From: Hyphochytrium catenoides
Lineage: Eukaryota > Protista > Hyphochytriomycota
Assembly: GCA_900088475.1 (NCBI GenBank)
Contig: FLMG01000261.1
Location: forward strand, 62,001-126,000
Direction: 5' to 3'
Length of the DNA: 64,000 nt
The position numbers were made by a program, and so were the translations under genes. Under the pieces are notes generated by a model. It worked only from the letters and a program-made list of their open reading frames with translations. It was not told where the DNA came from and searched no databases. Numbering within the stretch: position 1 is the stretch's first letter; each line of letters starts with the position of its first letter. This document shows, piece after piece, positions 61,485 to 64,000 of this stretch.

Positions 61485-62500
61485 TTGCTTAAGCCCCATA
61501 GCCGGGTGCAACAGCGTTCCTAGTTGAAGATGTAAGAGGAGAGATGGCCAGCAGCCACCAAAGCATTAGGAAGATAGAAACTCTCTCGTAGCACGAAAAA
61601 AAGTTCAAGAGGAGACCTATAGACAATCCGTGCCCCTGCTGATGGTGAATGTCTTCGTAGAGCTTCACATCAAGGCGTGGAAAGAGAACCGAAGAGGAGC
61701 GAGACCGAAAGGCAGCTCAGGCCGTCAATGCTGAGCCAGAGAAGGAGAGAGCCAGAAGGCATCATCAGAGGCACAGCCAGCCCAAAGGCAAACCTTGAGC
61801 GGTGTCATCCGGGCAGTTCGCAAGAAAACAGTAGTCCAAAAACCAATAAATCCGAACCTATGCCTCCCAAACTCATTCCATATAGTTTTGATATTTCCCT
61901 GTATTTACCTGATCCTAAACCGCTTCGGTGTACAAGTACCTATTCCTTTGCGTGAGGTCACCCTTATATAATCCGATCTCGTGAGAATTGACTATAGACA
62001 GATATCTTCATCCTTCGCCGCCGCCCCGTTCGCACGACCTGACTGGAGGTGATGTGTCTGTCGTTTTGATGTAAGAAGGGCTGGCATATCTCCTTCACCA
62101 TCACGCTCTGTCTCACTTTTCCTCTGTTTGTAACTATTGCCTCCGTTTTCCGTTTATTGATGGACATCTCTTGCATCGTCTGTCTCGCGATGTTCTTTAT
62201 TCTCTCTCGTGGACGGACACACCTTCTCTGTCCTTTGTGCAGGTGACTTGGCCTCCATCACCACTCTCTGCTTCTCTAGCTGCTGCTGCTCCTGCGGGAG
62301 AGTGAAGAGACTGTTCTGTTCTCGAGAGTCTCTTTGCTTCCCGCGCTGCATCGCAGTTAGTCGAGAGATCGGCCTTCGGCAAGGGCGGCAACTATTGAAA
62401 GAAGATACGCAACCTCAAGGAAGGACAGACAAAGCTTTTGACCAGTTGAAGACCCAGGAAGGAGGAGGAGGGGACTGAGAGCCACGAGGACGGGGTCAGT

Positions 62501-64000
62501 ATGTCACCGATGCCGTTGCCGACAACTCCGGTAGAGGCCGTTCCAATCTTAGATGTCCTGCCAGGGCGTACCATAGAGGGAATCAGACAGAAGAAGACGG
62601 CGATGACTCAGGATGATAAGCGAGCAGCAGGGCAAAGTACAGAGGGAGAACTTAGACAAGGCCCGATCAGAGACCTGCAAGAACAGCAAAGAGCTCCTGT
62701 AACGCGTCACGAGCAAAGAGCAGAAGCAGAGATAGTAACAGGGGAGAAGGACAGGAAAATGGAGGAAGAGAGAGGAAGAGCCGATGCAGACGTCACACAA
62801 CCGTTAAGGGAGCCCAGTCCAGACATGCAGATGGCCACCGATACCTTTGAACTTAACCAGAGCCTCTCCGACTTTAGGGACTCTGACGAGGACGTACAGA
62901 GGAGAAGGAGAAGAGGGAGGCGAGGAAGCTCGCAGGATAGACACAACGAGGGAGCGACTAGCGCCGATGGACGGATGCCGAAGAAGCTCGATCTGTATAA
63001 GAGGACGCTTAGGAGAGGACCAACTCATGGGGATGAGAATGTGGACATCGAGGCTGTGAATGACACCCTGACAATGTTGGAAAAGGAAGCGAGAGAGGGC
63101 AAAAGGAGGAGTCTACATAGGGGAGAGAAGGAGGGTAGAGGGAGAGAGATCTCAGAGGGCTCAGGAGATTCTAGTGCTGCCTGGACGTTGACTAGCATGG
63201 CAACTTTTCCTCTGTGGGCACCAGTTTATGTTGGAGTGGCCAGCGTGCGGTAAGTCTGTCTCTTGAGCAGTCCCATCTGCTCATTCTGCCTTAGGTGTTT
63301 CTCTATCTTTTACACCCTCTGGCCCTCTTTGTAGCTGGATGAACAGCAAGGTTTCTGAAGGTGTTGTCGACCCTGCAAAGAAGTCTGTCCGGAGTCGTGT
63401 TCGTCGCTCTCTTTTCTCTCCGGCAGTCATTGGAGAGGCGGTCATCGACTGGCTTAAAGACCTAACTCCACAAAGGACGAGAGACATCTCTCGCATATTC
63501 TCCAACGTATTTGCTAACTCAGTGTCGCTCCTTCTCACCGAGCAGTCAAGACAACTCATGGATGTCAATCTTGTAAGTGGAAATGGTGAAGAGGAGAGTG
63601 CTTACCCAAACCAACAGTAATGGCAAGTGGTCTCTTTGGGAAAGAGGCTGGGAGGAGAGACGGTGGTGGCGGAAAGGGCTTCCAGTTGATAAAATATTGG
63701 GTACAATCCACTTTTAGAAACTCTCGATTGACCTAGCCCGTCGCATCCGCACCCCAACTATGCCGCATTCACTCTTTTCCTTGTGGTGTAACACTTTGCG
63801 CTTTATGACCATCTCTCGTTGCAGCAAGTAAGCGATGCCTTTGTCTCCATGATCTCATCTGAGCCAGCGGTACGTACTCTGGTCGCTGGAGGTGCCACGG
63901 CTGTGAAGGTTGCGGAGGCTTTGAATACGGTGGAAGCCAGGCAAGCGATAAGGCAGAGTTCTGAGCTTCTATCAAATGCGGTTGATGTTCTGGCGAGTCC
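62501..64000 (+). CDS. Hypothetical protein, multi-exon, 3'-truncated by the window edge (5' end uncertain)
   Basis: Charged low-complexity exon 62501-63249 splices in frame (cg|gtaagt...tag|c) to 63335-63572 (WMNSKVSEG...LMDVNL|gtaagt). Then come QVSDAFVSMISSEPA| and VAEALNTVEARQAIRQSSELLSNAVDVLAS, open at the end. Confidence 0.7.

Noticed and set aside
61677-61955. 92-aa ORF as a SAMHD1 C-terminal extension
   Set aside because: SAMHD1 already ends with a homologous final exon (AFERWC) at 61484. This ORF has a non-ATG start and no supported splice link.

Overview
Eukaryotic, intron-rich genomic DNA (about 50% GC, GT-AG introns mostly 55-100 nt, three short N gaps). It is probably a stramenopile, inferred from the eL24 N-terminus and the giant FN3 gene; this is not proven. 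Genes in order: the probable 3' end of an upstream gene; SKI3/TTC37 (+); BUD13 (-); NDUFAF6 (+); a ~23.7-kb, ~25-intron gene for a ~7,200-aa predicted secreted FN3 protein (+); an uncharacterised protein with a winged-helix-like N-terminus and a CorA-like coiled-coil/2-TM part (-); RPL24 (-); DCTN6 (+); three tandem intronless paralogs of an unknown Cys-rich multi-TM family (-, middle copy internally deleted with an in-frame stop); a SAMHD1-like HD dNTPase (+); and a hypothetical gene running off the end. The most striking observation is the grammar of the giant protein. About 15 FN3 domains form a backbone, and many are split open by inserts up to ~2,100 aa. Inside the inserts, runs of N lone 'E-V-Q' lead strands are followed by N domain bodies lacking that strand (9/9, 3/3, 2/2), which points to Russian-doll nesting and a branched, bottle-brush molecule. 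Exon structures were assembled by eye, and no database searches could be run.
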